A stretch of 64,000 nt of DNA from an uncultured bacterium (GTDB taxonomy: Bacteria > CSSED10-310 > CAZUFC01): positions 1 through 64,000 of the forward strand of contig CAZUFC010000022.1 in assembly GCA_964619725.1 (NCBI GenBank), given 5' to 3'. Positions 31,242 to 41,165 of this stretch are shown here, piece by piece. The translations under genes and the position numbers were made by a program. Every line of letters starts with the position of its first letter. Positions within the stretch are counted from its first letter, which is position 1. The notes beneath the pieces are model-generated. The model searched no databases. It saw only the letters and a program-made list of their open reading frames with translations, and was not told the DNA's origin.

Positions 31242-32522
31242 ATGAAAAATGCGACTGTATTTCGTTGCGTATCATGCCTTCATGAACACGAATTATCGGA
31301 ATCTCTATACGTTTGCCCAAAATGCGGCGGCAATCTCGATTTATTGTATGATTATGCAAAGGTGAAATCGCAGTTAAACAAAAATTCACTGGCGGAAAAT
31401 AAACGGATGGATATCTGGAGATATGCGCCTCTTTTGCCTGTAGATGATATAAAAAATGTTACCCCCCTGGCGGTGGGGTGGAGCCCTCTCTATCATGCTG
31501 AATCGCTGGGAAAAAAATATGGTCTCAATAACGTTTACATCAAAGACGACGGTCGTAATCCCAGCGCATCGTTCAAGGACAGGGCCAGCGCTGCGGCGCT
31601 TGTGAGGGCGGTCGAAACTGGTTCAGATATTGTAATAGCAGCATCGACAGGTAACGCCGGATGTTCGATGGCATGTCTCTCGGCAAGCATTGACATGCCG
31701 GCGGTCATTTTCGTTCCCAAGTCCGCTCCGCAGGCGAAAATCGCACAATTGCTGATATTCGGCGCGGAAGTCGTAGCAGTAGAGGGAACGTATGACGATG
31801 CCTTCGATTTGTGCCTGAACGTCACTTCAGAATTCGGATGGTACAATCGAAACACGGGTTTCAATCCTTACACGAGAGAAGGCAAAAAGACCTGCGCCTT
31901 TGAAATTTGTGAACAGATGAACTGGGAAGCTCCCGATTATATCCTGGTCTCAGTCGGCGACGGCAACATCATCAGCGGTTTCTGGAAAGGTTTGCGGGAT
32001 TTAAAGGAAATAGGGCTCATAGAAAAAATGCCCCGCCTGATCGCTGTCCAGTCCGACAAAAGCAATGCTGTAGCCCTCACAGTAGAAAAATTGAAGAAAA
32101 ACGGCATCAAAGTGAAACATAACGAACCCTTCCCCGCTGAAATGGAAACCGTCCAGGCCACCACCATCGCTGACAGCATCTCTGTGGATGACCCACGTGA
32201 CGGCATTTCTGCCGTCAGGGCCGTCATGGAAACCGGAGGCGACGCGGTCCAGGTGTCCGACCAGGAAATATTGAATGCCGTGAGAATCTGCGGCGCCCAA
32301 TGCGGCGTCTTTGCCGAACCCAGCGCCGCCGCCGTAGTAGCAGGCTTGAAAAATATGGCTGTTTCGGGAAAATTCAACGAAAACGATAAAATAGTATGCC
32401 TTATCTCCGGCAACGGCCTAAAAGACGTCCCCGCCGCCATGAAAGTCGCAGGCTCACCACACATCATCAATCCCGATCTGAATGAATTTAAAAAACTGAA
32501 GCTGAGGGACAGCGGACTCTAA
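31242..32522 (+). CDS. thrC: Threonine synthase-like fold-type II PLP enzyme
   Basis: N-terminal CxxC..CPKCGG, NPSASFKDR, ASTGNAG, EGKKT, VGDGNII, GNGLKD; context suggests a possible catabolic role. Confidence 0.8.
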   Translation: MKNATVFRCVSCLHEHELSESLYVCPKCGGNLDLLYDYAKVKSQLNKNSLAENKRMDIWRYAPLLPVDDIKNVTPLAVGWSPLYHAESLGKKYGLNNVYIKDDGRNPSASFKDRASAAALVRAVETGSDIVIAASTGNAGCSMACLSASIDMPAVIFVPKSAPQAKIAQLLIFGAEVVAVEGTYDDAFDLCLNVTSEFGWYNRNTGFNPYTREGKKTCAFEICEQMNWEAPDYILVSVGDGNIISGFWKGLRDLKEIGLIEKMPRLIAVQSDKSNAVALTVEKLKKNGIKVKHNEPFPAEMETVQATTIADSISVDDPRDGISAVRAVMETGGDAVQVSDQEILNAVRICGAQCGVFAEPSAAAVVAGLKNMAVSGKFNENDKIVCLISGNGLKDVPAAMKVAGSPHIINPDLNEFKKLKLRDSGL

Positions 32523-32547
32523 AATACGGTCAACCAGCCAGGGGGTC

Positions 32548-32758
32548 CAGCCAGGGGGTCAGAGCCCTTCGCAAACCCTCTGAATTCCGTTCTTGCTTCA
32601 GCCGTATGATCACTGACGCCCGCTGCACGAAAACATTAAAACCATTGATCCAACAGGGGCAGCCAGGGGGTCAGAGCCCTTCGCAAACCCTCTGAATTCC
32701 GTTCTTGCTTCAGCCGTATGATCACTGACGCCCCCTGCACGAATATATTAAAACCATT
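32548..32758. repeat. Two 99-bp direct repeats (period 112 bp) containing GGGGTCAGAGCCCT
   Basis: 32548-32646 and 32660-32758 differ at 3 positions; an extra CAGCCAGGGGGTC at 32535-32547. Confidence 0.92.
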
Positions 32759-32967
32759 AACCCAAAAATAACCCCAAAAGCCCCTGACACCTATAGCCGC
32801 TCAATCATCCATCCTTCCAACAACGCCTTCGTCCACTCGCCCACTCTTCCAATTTTCCTCCCTTCCGGGTTTATTTTTTCGAGAATATATTGTAAGTAAA
32901 AAGGTACTTGCCGTATCGAAACGACGAGTGTGCGGAACATAATAAGTAATTTGGAAGGGAGCGGATA

Positions 32968-33912
32968 ATGAAGAATTTATTTTGCATTCACTTCATTGCA
33001 TTATTTCTTTTAACGTGTTTTTGTCAGTCCGGCATGTTGAGCGCCGCCCGCGCAGATGTGTGCAGCAACAAGCCGGGGATTGAATCCGAAGAGGATACAG
33101 CTTTTGCTTCGAGGTTTTCGACGGGTTCTCCCACGCCCAGTCCGACGCCAGTTCCGGGAACCTCGACGCCTACTCCATTCGCTCAGTTGGAGCTTTTTCT
33201 GATGGACAACGATTATGATTCCGGTTATACCGATTTTGCCGTTATGTGTGATCCTGAAGATATCGAGATCGAGTTGGGATATTTTTGTCCCACGGATTGT
33301 GTTCCGTCTGACGACACGACCGTCGGATGGGCTTTTGGCGGGGTTGATATAGGCATGCACTGGCAGTATTACGTTACGGAGCCTATTACGCTTCAATGCA
33401 CGAGAGACATTCATTTCGATTTATGTTACGGATATGACGGCTGGAGCACTCACATGGTCGCTGATTTTTATGTCTACTGGCGTTGCGCGGACAATCACTA
33501 CACGGTGGGATGCGACTCCATGACCGAATTCGGCCCTACAGGTTACTGGACGCCGGCCTGGAGCGACGTCGGCGTCGACTGGCCTCTCGAATGCACCAGC
33601 CGTTCCGTATCAGGCTGGAAAATAATGCTCCCGTGCGGTTGCGATACCATTGAACTGATGATTGCGGTTCATTTCGACGGTTTCGGCGATTATTACGGCA
33701 TACGACACTTTCGCGTCTACCATAATTTGATGGAAATGCAGTGCGGTCCCGGTTTCAGAAATTGCGGAACGCCGGCCACCGCCACTCCCGATCCTACGCC
33801 GACGGTCACTCCACAACCCATTCCCGCAACGGACGCTCGAGGTCTTCTGCCGCTTTTACTTTTATCAGGTATTCTCTTATGGGTATGGACGAAAAAACGC
33901 AACCCCTGTTAA
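32968..33912 (+). CDS. Secreted Cys-rich protein with PT linkers and an IPTL-CTERM-like sorting tail
   Basis: Signal peptide; PTPSPTP and PATATPDPTPTVTP linkers; C-terminal PIPATDARG-hydrophobic helix-KKR. Confidence 0.8.
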   Translation: MKNLFCIHFIALFLLTCFCQSGMLSAARADVCSNKPGIESEEDTAFASRFSTGSPTPSPTPVPGTSTPTPFAQLELFLMDNDYDSGYTDFAVMCDPEDIEIELGYFCPTDCVPSDDTTVGWAFGGVDIGMHWQYYVTEPITLQCTRDIHFDLCYGYDGWSTHMVADFYVYWRCADNHYTVGCDSMTEFGPTGYWTPAWSDVGVDWPLECTSRSVSGWKIMLPCGCDTIELMIAVHFDGFGDYYGIRHFRVYHNLMEMQCGPGFRNCGTPATATPDPTPTVTPQPIPATDARGLLPLLLLSGILLWVWTKKRNPC

Positions 33913-34259
33913 AAACTATACTCATCCCCCCCGGACCGGCAACTAGTTTTTGTCCATAAGGTGATTTTTATGAACAGACAAATCAGAAAAATGCTGCATG
34001 GGAAATCGGATTCGATAATCATTTTGTAATATCTGCGGTAACTTTTTCAAAAAAGGAATTTGAAGAAGGTCCATGCTCCGTAAGTCCATTGGTCAAAACA
34101 AGTCATAAAGAGGATGTAGCGGTTTGAACATAGTAAGCACACTCTTATCAAATATTTAACGGGAAAAATGTCTGCCGCCTCTTGACATATTAAAAGGAAT
34201 CGGATAGAAAAAACGGATTTCGTCGCAGGGATACAGGAATTCCAAAGGAGGCGATAACC

Positions 34260-35723
34260 ATGATAGACCTGACGATTAACGAGGAGCAGCTTGAGCGCAC
34301 TGTGAAGCGGGCTCGAGAGCGAGAGATCATCATTCCCACATTTAAGCAGCAGAAGGATCCGACGCTTATTCCTGACAAGATCAAGGAAAAGCTTAAGAAC
34401 ATAGGATTATGGGACGTCAATTCTTATAATTTATTCAGGATAACGTGGAAGAACGAGCCGAAACCGAAAGGCGGTTTGTACGGCGGCGTGAACTGGCTTG
34501 AGATACCGAGCGCCATTTCCGGGGTGGAAGCCCGGATCATCACATTGGTGGGGAAATGGTTTCCGACGGGGTCTCACAAGGTCGGGGCCACATTCGGGTG
34601 TCTGGTCCCCCGTCTGATAACGGGACAGTTTGATCCGACGTATCAAAAGGCTGTATGGCCATCGACGGGTAATTATTGTCGAGGCGGAGCGTATGATTCT
34701 TCGCTGATGGCATGCGAATCCATCGCCATTTTGCCTGAAGAGATGAGCCGGGAGCGTTTTGAATGGTTGGAGACGGTTGCGGGTGAAGTCATTGCTACGC
34801 CCGGATGCGAGAGCAATGTAAAGGAAATCTACGACAAGTGCTGGGAATTGCGGAGAACCAGGGAAGACATCGTCATTTTCAACCAGTTTGACGAATTCGG
34901 CAATCATCTGTGGCATTACGACGTGACGGGACACGCCATGGAGGAAACGCTGCAGGAGATCATGAGCAACAAAGATCGATGCGCAGGCGTTGTTTTGACT
35001 TCGGGCTCGTCCGGAACCATGGGCTGCGGCGATTACATCAAGGACATTTTCCCGGCGGCCAAGATCGCTGTCGGTGAGGCTCTGCAATGTCCCACATTGC
35101 TTTTGAACGGGTTTGGAGGACACAGGATTGAGGGTATCGGAGACAAGCATGTGCCCTGGATTCATAACGTAAGGAATACTGATCTGGTGATGGCGATTGA
35201 CGATGAACCGTGCATGAACATCGTTCGGTTGTTTAACGAACCGGCTGGTCAGAGATATCTGGTTGAGCAGGGCCTGGATGAAAAGTTCGTCGAAAATCTC
35301 CCACTGTTCGGCATTTCCAGCATCGCCAATATGCTGATGGCCATTAAATTCGCTAAATATTACGAATTGGGTCATAACGACATCGTTCTCACCGTATTCA
35401 CCGATTCCATGGAACTTTACGGCAGCAGGCTGCACGAATTGAGAGAAAAATACGGGGAATATACGGAGAAAGATGCCGTCAGGGATTACAATCAGTTTCT
35501 GATGGGCTTGACGATCGACAACATGCTCGAATGCAATTTTTACGACCGTAAAAGAATCCACAACCTGAAATATTACACCTGGATCGAACAGCAGCAGCGT
35601 AAAGTGGAAGACTTGAACGCTCAATGGTACGATTTTCCCGATTACTGGGACAACGTGCATGGTCAGACGGATGAAATTGACGAATTAATTATGGAATTCA
35701 ACAAGAAAGTCGGACTTTTATAA
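34260..35723 (+). CDS. Fold-type II PLP-dependent enzyme (cysteine synthase/Trp synthase beta superfamily), substrate unknown
   Basis: FPTGSHKVG (PLP lysine), PSTGNY, NQF, GSSGT, HRIEGIGDKH; RBS AAGGAGG; TTGACA at 34182. Confidence 0.85.
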   Translation: MIDLTINEEQLERTVKRAREREIIIPTFKQQKDPTLIPDKIKEKLKNIGLWDVNSYNLFRITWKNEPKPKGGLYGGVNWLEIPSAISGVEARIITLVGKWFPTGSHKVGATFGCLVPRLITGQFDPTYQKAVWPSTGNYCRGGAYDSSLMACESIAILPEEMSRERFEWLETVAGEVIATPGCESNVKEIYDKCWELRRTREDIVIFNQFDEFGNHLWHYDVTGHAMEETLQEIMSNKDRCAGVVLTSGSSGTMGCGDYIKDIFPAAKIAVGEALQCPTLLLNGFGGHRIEGIGDKHVPWIHNVRNTDLVMAIDDEPCMNIVRLFNEPAGQRYLVEQGLDEKFVENLPLFGISSIANMLMAIKFAKYYELGHNDIVLTVFTDSMELYGSRLHELREKYGEYTEKDAVRDYNQFLMGLTIDNMLECNFYDRKRIHNLKYYTWIEQQQRKVEDLNAQWYDFPDYWDNVHGQTDEIDELIMEFNKKVGLL

Positions 35724-35735
35724 TGGAGGTTTAAA

Positions 35736-36689
35736 ATGAGGAGTTTTTTAGGCAGAGATATACTGTCATTGAAGAATATAAACAGGGGCGAATTTTTCAG
35801 GATTTTTGAGATTTGCAACAGGTTTGCGCCTATTGCCAGAGACAGGAAGAATACTGATTTGCTCGCAGAGAAAACGTTATTGACAGCTTTTTATCAGCCG
35901 AGCACCCGAACAAGAATGTCTACGGAAGCAGCCATGCACAGGTTGGGCGGCCATGTCCTCGGTTTCTCCGATTTCAAAATGACCCGTGCGGGCGATTTTT
36001 ACCAGGAATCAATCAAGGACACGATTTACATGCTGGAGTATTATGCTGACGTAATAGCCATGCGGCATTTCATGCAGGGAGCGCCGCAGGAAGCGGCCAA
36101 ATGGTCCTCCGTTCCGATCATCAATTGCGGAGACGGATGGGGAGAGCATCCCACGCAGGTTTTGACGGATTTATACACGATTTACACGGAAAAAGGCCGC
36201 CTGGACGACCTTAATTACCTCTGCGTAGGCGATATGCGCATGCGCACCATGCATTCCATAGGTTACGCCCTGACCCAGTTCGACGTGGAAGCTCAATTCG
36301 TTTCCCCCCCGGAAATGTCATTGGGCGATGACCTCAAGAAGGAATGGAACGATCTGAATCTTCGTTTTAAAGAGCTGGAGCATGTCGAGCAGGGGATAGC
36401 GGATGCCGACATTATCTACGTTGAACCGGTGGTGCAGGCCGATTACACCAAATCCAGGGTAGAAGCCGACGAAAAGAAAGGAAGAACCCCGGATAATTAC
36501 AAAATAACGCTGGACCTCATCAAAAAGAAGGCGAAGTCAGACGTTATAGTCCTGCATTCTCTTCCCAGAATGGATGAATTGACTCCTGACGTGGACCATA
36601 CCCGTCACGCCAGGTACTGGACTGAAGCTTTCAACGGCGTAGTTCTGAGGATGGCATTATTGGCCCTGGTTCTCGGCGCCGTCGAATAA
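35736..36689 (+). CDS. ATCase/OTCase-family transcarbamylase with atypical acceptor site
   Basis: PSTRTR, AMRH, HPTQ, HSLPR; lacks ATCase RxQxER and OTCase DxWxSMG. Confidence 0.85.
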   Translation: MRSFLGRDILSLKNINRGEFFRIFEICNRFAPIARDRKNTDLLAEKTLLTAFYQPSTRTRMSTEAAMHRLGGHVLGFSDFKMTRAGDFYQESIKDTIYMLEYYADVIAMRHFMQGAPQEAAKWSSVPIINCGDGWGEHPTQVLTDLYTIYTEKGRLDDLNYLCVGDMRMRTMHSIGYALTQFDVEAQFVSPPEMSLGDDLKKEWNDLNLRFKELEHVEQGIADADIIYVEPVVQADYTKSRVEADEKKGRTPDNYKITLDLIKKKAKSDVIVLHSLPRMDELTPDVDHTRHARYWTEAFNGVVLRMALLALVLGAVE

Positions 36690-36802
36690 AAATCGAATAA
36701 AATAAAAGATCGGCTGCGTCTCTTAAGTCCAATACGAATCGACTTTTTTTTTCGATCGGATGAGATGCAGCCTTACTTTGTACCCGGTTTTTCCAGAAAA
36801 GT

Positions 36803-37385
36803 TCAGTTTTTATTTAAAATCAGCCGACGCAAGCTGAATAGAGCAAGAGAAATCAGGATTACGGATATTATTTTGCCTGAATGATTCAATGCGGGAATCG
36901 GCGGGGGGACAGGCGTGTTTGTCGGTTCAGGCGTAGTGGAAGGTGTAGAAGTGCAGGTTGCGGTAGGAGTTTTCGTGGGCGTCGGAGTAATGGTTGGAGA
37001 TGACGTCGGCGTGGGTGACGGAAGGAGTGATGCGCCGTAATGAAAACCTATGTCTGCAACGCCTGAGTCGACAGCTTCATCGGTCCTGGTCCATAGATTA
37101 TTCATGCATGTTTCTCCGTTAGGACCTTCAAAACAGATATTTGCAGCCTGATCGCTTCCTGTATCGATGCATGGACTGTCATCAGCTTGCCCGGATGACT
37201 GCTGACTCAGATAAAAATCGCCTTCCGGGCCTGTTGCGATCAGCAACAAGAACCGTGTCGCCGCCCAAAGCCGCATCAATTCCCTCCTGTATCGTAGGTT
37301 GATTGCCGGGAACGTGAATAATGCCGCCCGATGATGTTACCGTTAAAAAGATTAATAATGCCGCTGAAACCAACGAAAATCTCAT
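36803..37385 (-). pseudogene. Internally deleted secreted beta-helix protein with IPTL-CTERM-like tail
   Basis: RBS GGAGGAG + ATG 37385: MRFSLVSAALL..IIHVPGNQPTIQEGIDAALGGDTVLVAD joined out of frame near 37238 to ATGPEGDFYLSQ..SPCIDTG..DIGFHY, PT linker, PIPALN-TM-RR. Confidence 0.8.
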
Positions 37386-37413
37386 AACTCCTCCCGCGTA
37401 TAATAAGAATGCC

Positions 37414-37613
37414 ATAAAACCGCACTCGAATGCAATCTCAGTAATAGTTTTGCCCGGATTACCGATGAGCTTGGTCGCAGCTTTTTCCGCTCTCACCCTC
37501 TGTATATGCCTGGTCAGAGTCTCACCCGCCATGGCGCTGAAAATCCGATGAAAATGATAGCGTGAAAAATTAGCCGCTCCCGCAAGAACCTCCAATATAA
37601 GAACTCTTGACAT
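37414..37613 (-). pseudogene. AraC-family HTH regulator fragment
   Basis: LAGAANFSRYHFHRIFSAMAGET...RAEKAA..L...TITEIAFECGF, then sequence switches to unrelated DNA. Confidence 0.8.
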
Positions 37614-37783
37614 ACCCTAGTCAACCAATTGATTTTAATAGATTTTTACTCTCACTAAATCGGCAAAATTATTGTGAAATATTTTTGGATTTCACGACAA
37701 GCAATATTGATATGATTTGAACCGTGATCCGTTTTCATCAAAAAAATTCACAATTCTTTTCAGGCACATTGTCAGGAGCTCAG

Positions 37784-38051
37784 AATATTGATCTTTGCAT
37801 CATTGCCGATCTGGCAAACAACTGAAAAATTGACGTTATTAGAAAAATCAGACGGACTTTACTTGATCTTGTTTCAAGTCCAATGGACATCCTCGTTTAT
37901 ATCGAGGAAGAATTCAAGGAAAGAGCCAGGCTTAAAAATACGCTGTAGTACAAAATCGTAACTCATGGAATTCAGGTTTATGGATAATAAAAAAATATCC
38001 GAAGAGTGGTTCATGATCGCTGATATGAATTTAGCATCAGCGAAATATTGA
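37784..38051 (+). pseudogene. Decayed MNT-HEPN pair (not in ORF track)
   Basis: Frame from 37784 reads NIDLCIIADLANN*KIDVIRKIRRTLLDLVSSPMDILVYIEEEFKERARLKNTL*YKIVTHGIQVYG (TGA 37823, TAG 37946); overlapping ATG 37980 gives MDNKKISEEWFMIADMNLASAKY*, a HEPN-like N-terminus. Confidence 0.75.
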
Positions 38052-38147
38052 ATTTTTTATGTTTTCAATGCCTGTTACCGATTCCCAGTTGTACGAATTG
38101 TAGCCTTAAAACACAGATATCTCATCAATACCGAAATCCAGCAATTC

Positions 38148-41100
38148 CTATTCATCAATAACGAACTGAACATACGGCTCCTCATCATTCTGCTTTAATG
38201 TCCGCAATTTTTCGTTCACCTTTTCGGCATATTGAGGAAAGCGGTCCGGGTCGTTCAGATTCCAGGATTTTATGACCTTGATGCAATCGGCCCTTACGCC
38301 CCAATCCTCATGTTCCAGCAGCGACAATAAGCTGAATTTAAGTCTCACGGCGGCATCGACCGGCTCCGTCAGTTGAAGGATTCTCAGAAGCGAGCGCAGC
38401 ATCCTGGTATTGAGTTCATCATATTGGCTCAGTTCTGATTGGATCAGGGGAAAATATGGTTCGAAGTTCTCAGCGACAAGTGAACAAACGGCCTCACGAA
38501 CGCTAACCAGCGGATAATCCATCAAAGGGCGCAACTCTCGCCAGTAGGAATTTTGCGACTGAGCGAGTTTTTCTGCAGCGGATAAAATAAAGTGTTCGGA
38601 ATCGGATTCCTTCATAAGGTCGATAATTTTTTCATCGCCGACCCGGGAATTCAACTGTCCGAGGACTCGAACGGTCTGCCGCCGGAACTTTTCATCATCC
38701 AGAAGTTTCACGGCTTCGTCTTCCAGTTCTTTTATTTTCAGAACCCCTGCAAGGAAGAGTGCGCTGCTTTTGGCGGCCTGGTCGTCCTTTTCGAGTTTCC
38801 GTTTGAGCATTTTCCGTATTCGCTGGGGATATTTTTCATAGAGTTTCTTAAAGATGTCCTGGTGCGCGCGCATGGCGAGAGAACTGTTATCCGAGAGCTT
38901 ATTTTCGATCAGAGGGAGTATCTTTTTACCTGCCCGGACTATTTTATTTCTTGCTGCGGGAACGATGATTCTGTTGTCTCCGACTTCCCAGCGGCAAGCC
39001 AGGGACCAGAGTTCATCAAAGGTTTCCTGATCGATGGGGCTTTTTTGGGAGAGTATTTCCGGCATATTGACGGTTTGTTCCGGCTTTTCCTGTGCGATAT
39101 CCGTCTGTGGTTTTTCAGCCGGTTTTTCATCAGCCACATCCCATCCGACGCCGAACCGGTAATGAGACCACAATTTACCGTCATCCATGATGCCCAGGTA
39201 GGCATCCTGACCCTGCGTATCGATCAGGACGCCGATGCTTAAGGTACCGCGGGCAGGTCTTCCGTAATTGATGCCGCCCTCTTTTTTTCCAGCATATACA
39301 TCATCGCCGCTTCTGTCGAAGAAGAGACCGACGGCGTTTGTGAGACCGGAACCGTTGCAGCTTGTAGAGCCCAGGTAACGATCATGCCCTTCGCGATCAT
39401 GCAGAACGCTCGCCGCCCAGTCATGGCTGCCGCCTTGTCCCAATCCGTTGTGCATGATGTAGGAATCGCTTCCGGCCGCATCGATAAGTCCGCCCACGGC
39501 CAGATGAATGCCGCTGCCCTGGCCGTATTGAGTCATCTCATAAACGTCGTTGCCGCTGCGGTCACACAGCAGGCCAGCGCCGTACCAGTATCCAACGCCC
39601 TGGTTGTATATATCGCCCAGGTATCGATCATTGCCTTCTCCGTCTACAAGCAGAGCGATCCCACCGCCGTGATCGACCCCTCTGTCGCCTATGGAGAATC
39701 CCTGTGAAAAACTCTGATAACGGTCTGAAAAAAGAGGCGCATGGAGATATACTCCGCCGGCCTGATAAAGTTCATTTCCGCGCCTGTTTTCACAAACGGC
39801 GACGGAACGCATGCGAGCAAAAGCCTGGGCGGAACTCCAGGCCCTGTAAACGTCATTGTCGTAATTCGCTATACTTGCCGGATCAGGCGTTTCCTTATCT
39901 GCAGGAATATCGGGAGGACTCAAAAGAGCATCATCAATCATTATTCCGATGCCGTATGCCGCAGCTCCCTGAACATAAACTTTTCCCTCATAGACATCAC
40001 TGCCGCCGTCGTCATAAAAGGAGGCTATTCCGCAGGCCGCTGCACCCATTCCGAAGCTGCCGCAAAAGTAACGGTCATTACCGCCGCCCAGATCGTAAAA
40101 TGCAGCAACGCCCAGAAGCGCCGCTCCCAAAGTTACGTCCACATCACGGCAATCATAAATATCATCGCCGCCCAGGTCCGCAAAATAACCCCAACGCCGG
40201 TCTTTCGTGCCCCACGCTCCTCCTATCCGGCAACCCCTGTAAACATCGTCGCCGCCCGGATCGATCAAAAGCGCATAATTACCCTCCCATAAGTCGTTAT
40301 GAATAGTGCCGATTCCTATGCGGCCTTTATCCGTGTGGATTATCACCGGAGCCTCCGAAGGAAAACAGCTCGCCGGCAAATCCTTCAACCATATTGCGGG
40401 ATCAGGCATGCTGCTGAAATAAATCTTCAGCAGTTCGATCAAAGACACATCTGCAGCTTTCTGCTGAAGATAATCATCCTCCATGTTTTCCAGTTCCTTC
40501 TCCCAGCGTTCCTGCTCCTCTTTCCCGTACGGAGAATCGATCGCCTCACGCCAGGATGCCAGGAAAGGAATATATTCACGCAACATGGGAGACCAGCCGG
40601 AAAAGTTTATACTGTAAGCTTCATCCATCAAAACCCGACAGCTTGCCGTCAGTTCCCCCAAATTAGCTGGTTTCTCCGGTAGCGCGAGTCCTTCTTCGGG
40701 TATAGCGGAGTTGAGAAAAAGACCGGTATCGTCGTCGGCATCAAGATCAGGCAATAATGATGCGGCAATGCGGATATGCTCCGATGGCGATAAAGCTGGT
40801 CCTTCAGCAGACATCATACTGTCCGCAAGCGAATCAGTAAAAGGAGCTATATTCAATGGATTTGCCAGCATGTCCTTTACGACCGGCAATGCAAAATGCC
40901 CATGAGCATTGTCTTTATCAAAATTCATGTCCTCCCGTTCAAGATTCGCCGCTTTCAAGGCCTTATCCAGCGCATGAAGTTCCTTTTCCGTATAAGTCCG
41001 TGAAAATTGCTTTTTCGCATCAAGCTCCGGCGCTCCCGCAAGAATTCTTGCTTCAGGCGATTCTTTCTGTGATGTTTGAGCAGATGAGAAAGGCAAACCG

Positions 41101-41165
41101 AGCGCCGCCGGCATTCCGATGATCCAGGCAATTTTCAGTGAGCCCAAAAAACGATAAAACTTCAT
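38148..41165 (-). CDS. Large exported protein with DxxGxDxY repeats and C-terminal HEAT repeats
   Basis: Signal-like N-terminus; about 10 repeats such as DPGGDDVY, DLGGDDIY, DGEGNDRY, DRSGNDVY; HEAT-like helices (LEHEDWGVRADC). Confidence 0.8.
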   Translation of the reverse strand: MKFYRFLGSLKIAWIIGMPAALGLPFSSAQTSQKESPEARILAGAPELDAKKQFSRTYTEKELHALDKALKAANLEREDMNFDKDNAHGHFALPVVKDMLANPLNIAPFTDSLADSMMSAEGPALSPSEHIRIAASLLPDLDADDDTGLFLNSAIPEEGLALPEKPANLGELTASCRVLMDEAYSINFSGWSPMLREYIPFLASWREAIDSPYGKEEQERWEKELENMEDDYLQQKAADVSLIELLKIYFSSMPDPAIWLKDLPASCFPSEAPVIIHTDKGRIGIGTIHNDLWEGNYALLIDPGGDDVYRGCRIGGAWGTKDRRWGYFADLGGDDIYDCRDVDVTLGAALLGVAAFYDLGGGNDRYFCGSFGMGAAACGIASFYDDGGSDVYEGKVYVQGAAAYGIGIMIDDALLSPPDIPADKETPDPASIANYDNDVYRAWSSAQAFARMRSVAVCENRRGNELYQAGGVYLHAPLFSDRYQSFSQGFSIGDRGVDHGGGIALLVDGEGNDRYLGDIYNQGVGYWYGAGLLCDRSGNDVYEMTQYGQGSGIHLAVGGLIDAAGSDSYIMHNGLGQGGSHDWAASVLHDREGHDRYLGSTSCNGSGLTNAVGLFFDRSGDDVYAGKKEGGINYGRPARGTLSIGVLIDTQGQDAYLGIMDDGKLWSHYRFGVGWDVADEKPAEKPQTDIAQEKPEQTVNMPEILSQKSPIDQETFDELWSLACRWEVGDNRIIVPAARNKIVRAGKKILPLIENKLSDNSSLAMRAHQDIFKKLYEKYPQRIRKMLKRKLEKDDQAAKSSALFLAGVLKIKELEDEAVKLLDDEKFRRQTVRVLGQLNSRVGDEKIIDLMKESDSEHFILSAAEKLAQSQNSYWRELRPLMDYPLVSVREAVCSLVAENFEPYFPLIQSELSQYDELNTRMLRSLLRILQLTEPVDAAVRLKFSLLSLLEHEDWGVRADCIKVIKSWNLNDPDRFPQYAEKVNEKLRTLKQNDEEPYVQFVIDE

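Noticed and set aside
34431-35660. 409-aa antisense ORF (also 21295-22305 and many shorter shadow ORFs)
   Set aside because: Antisense or alternate-frame shadows of well-supported genes with no recognisable motifs
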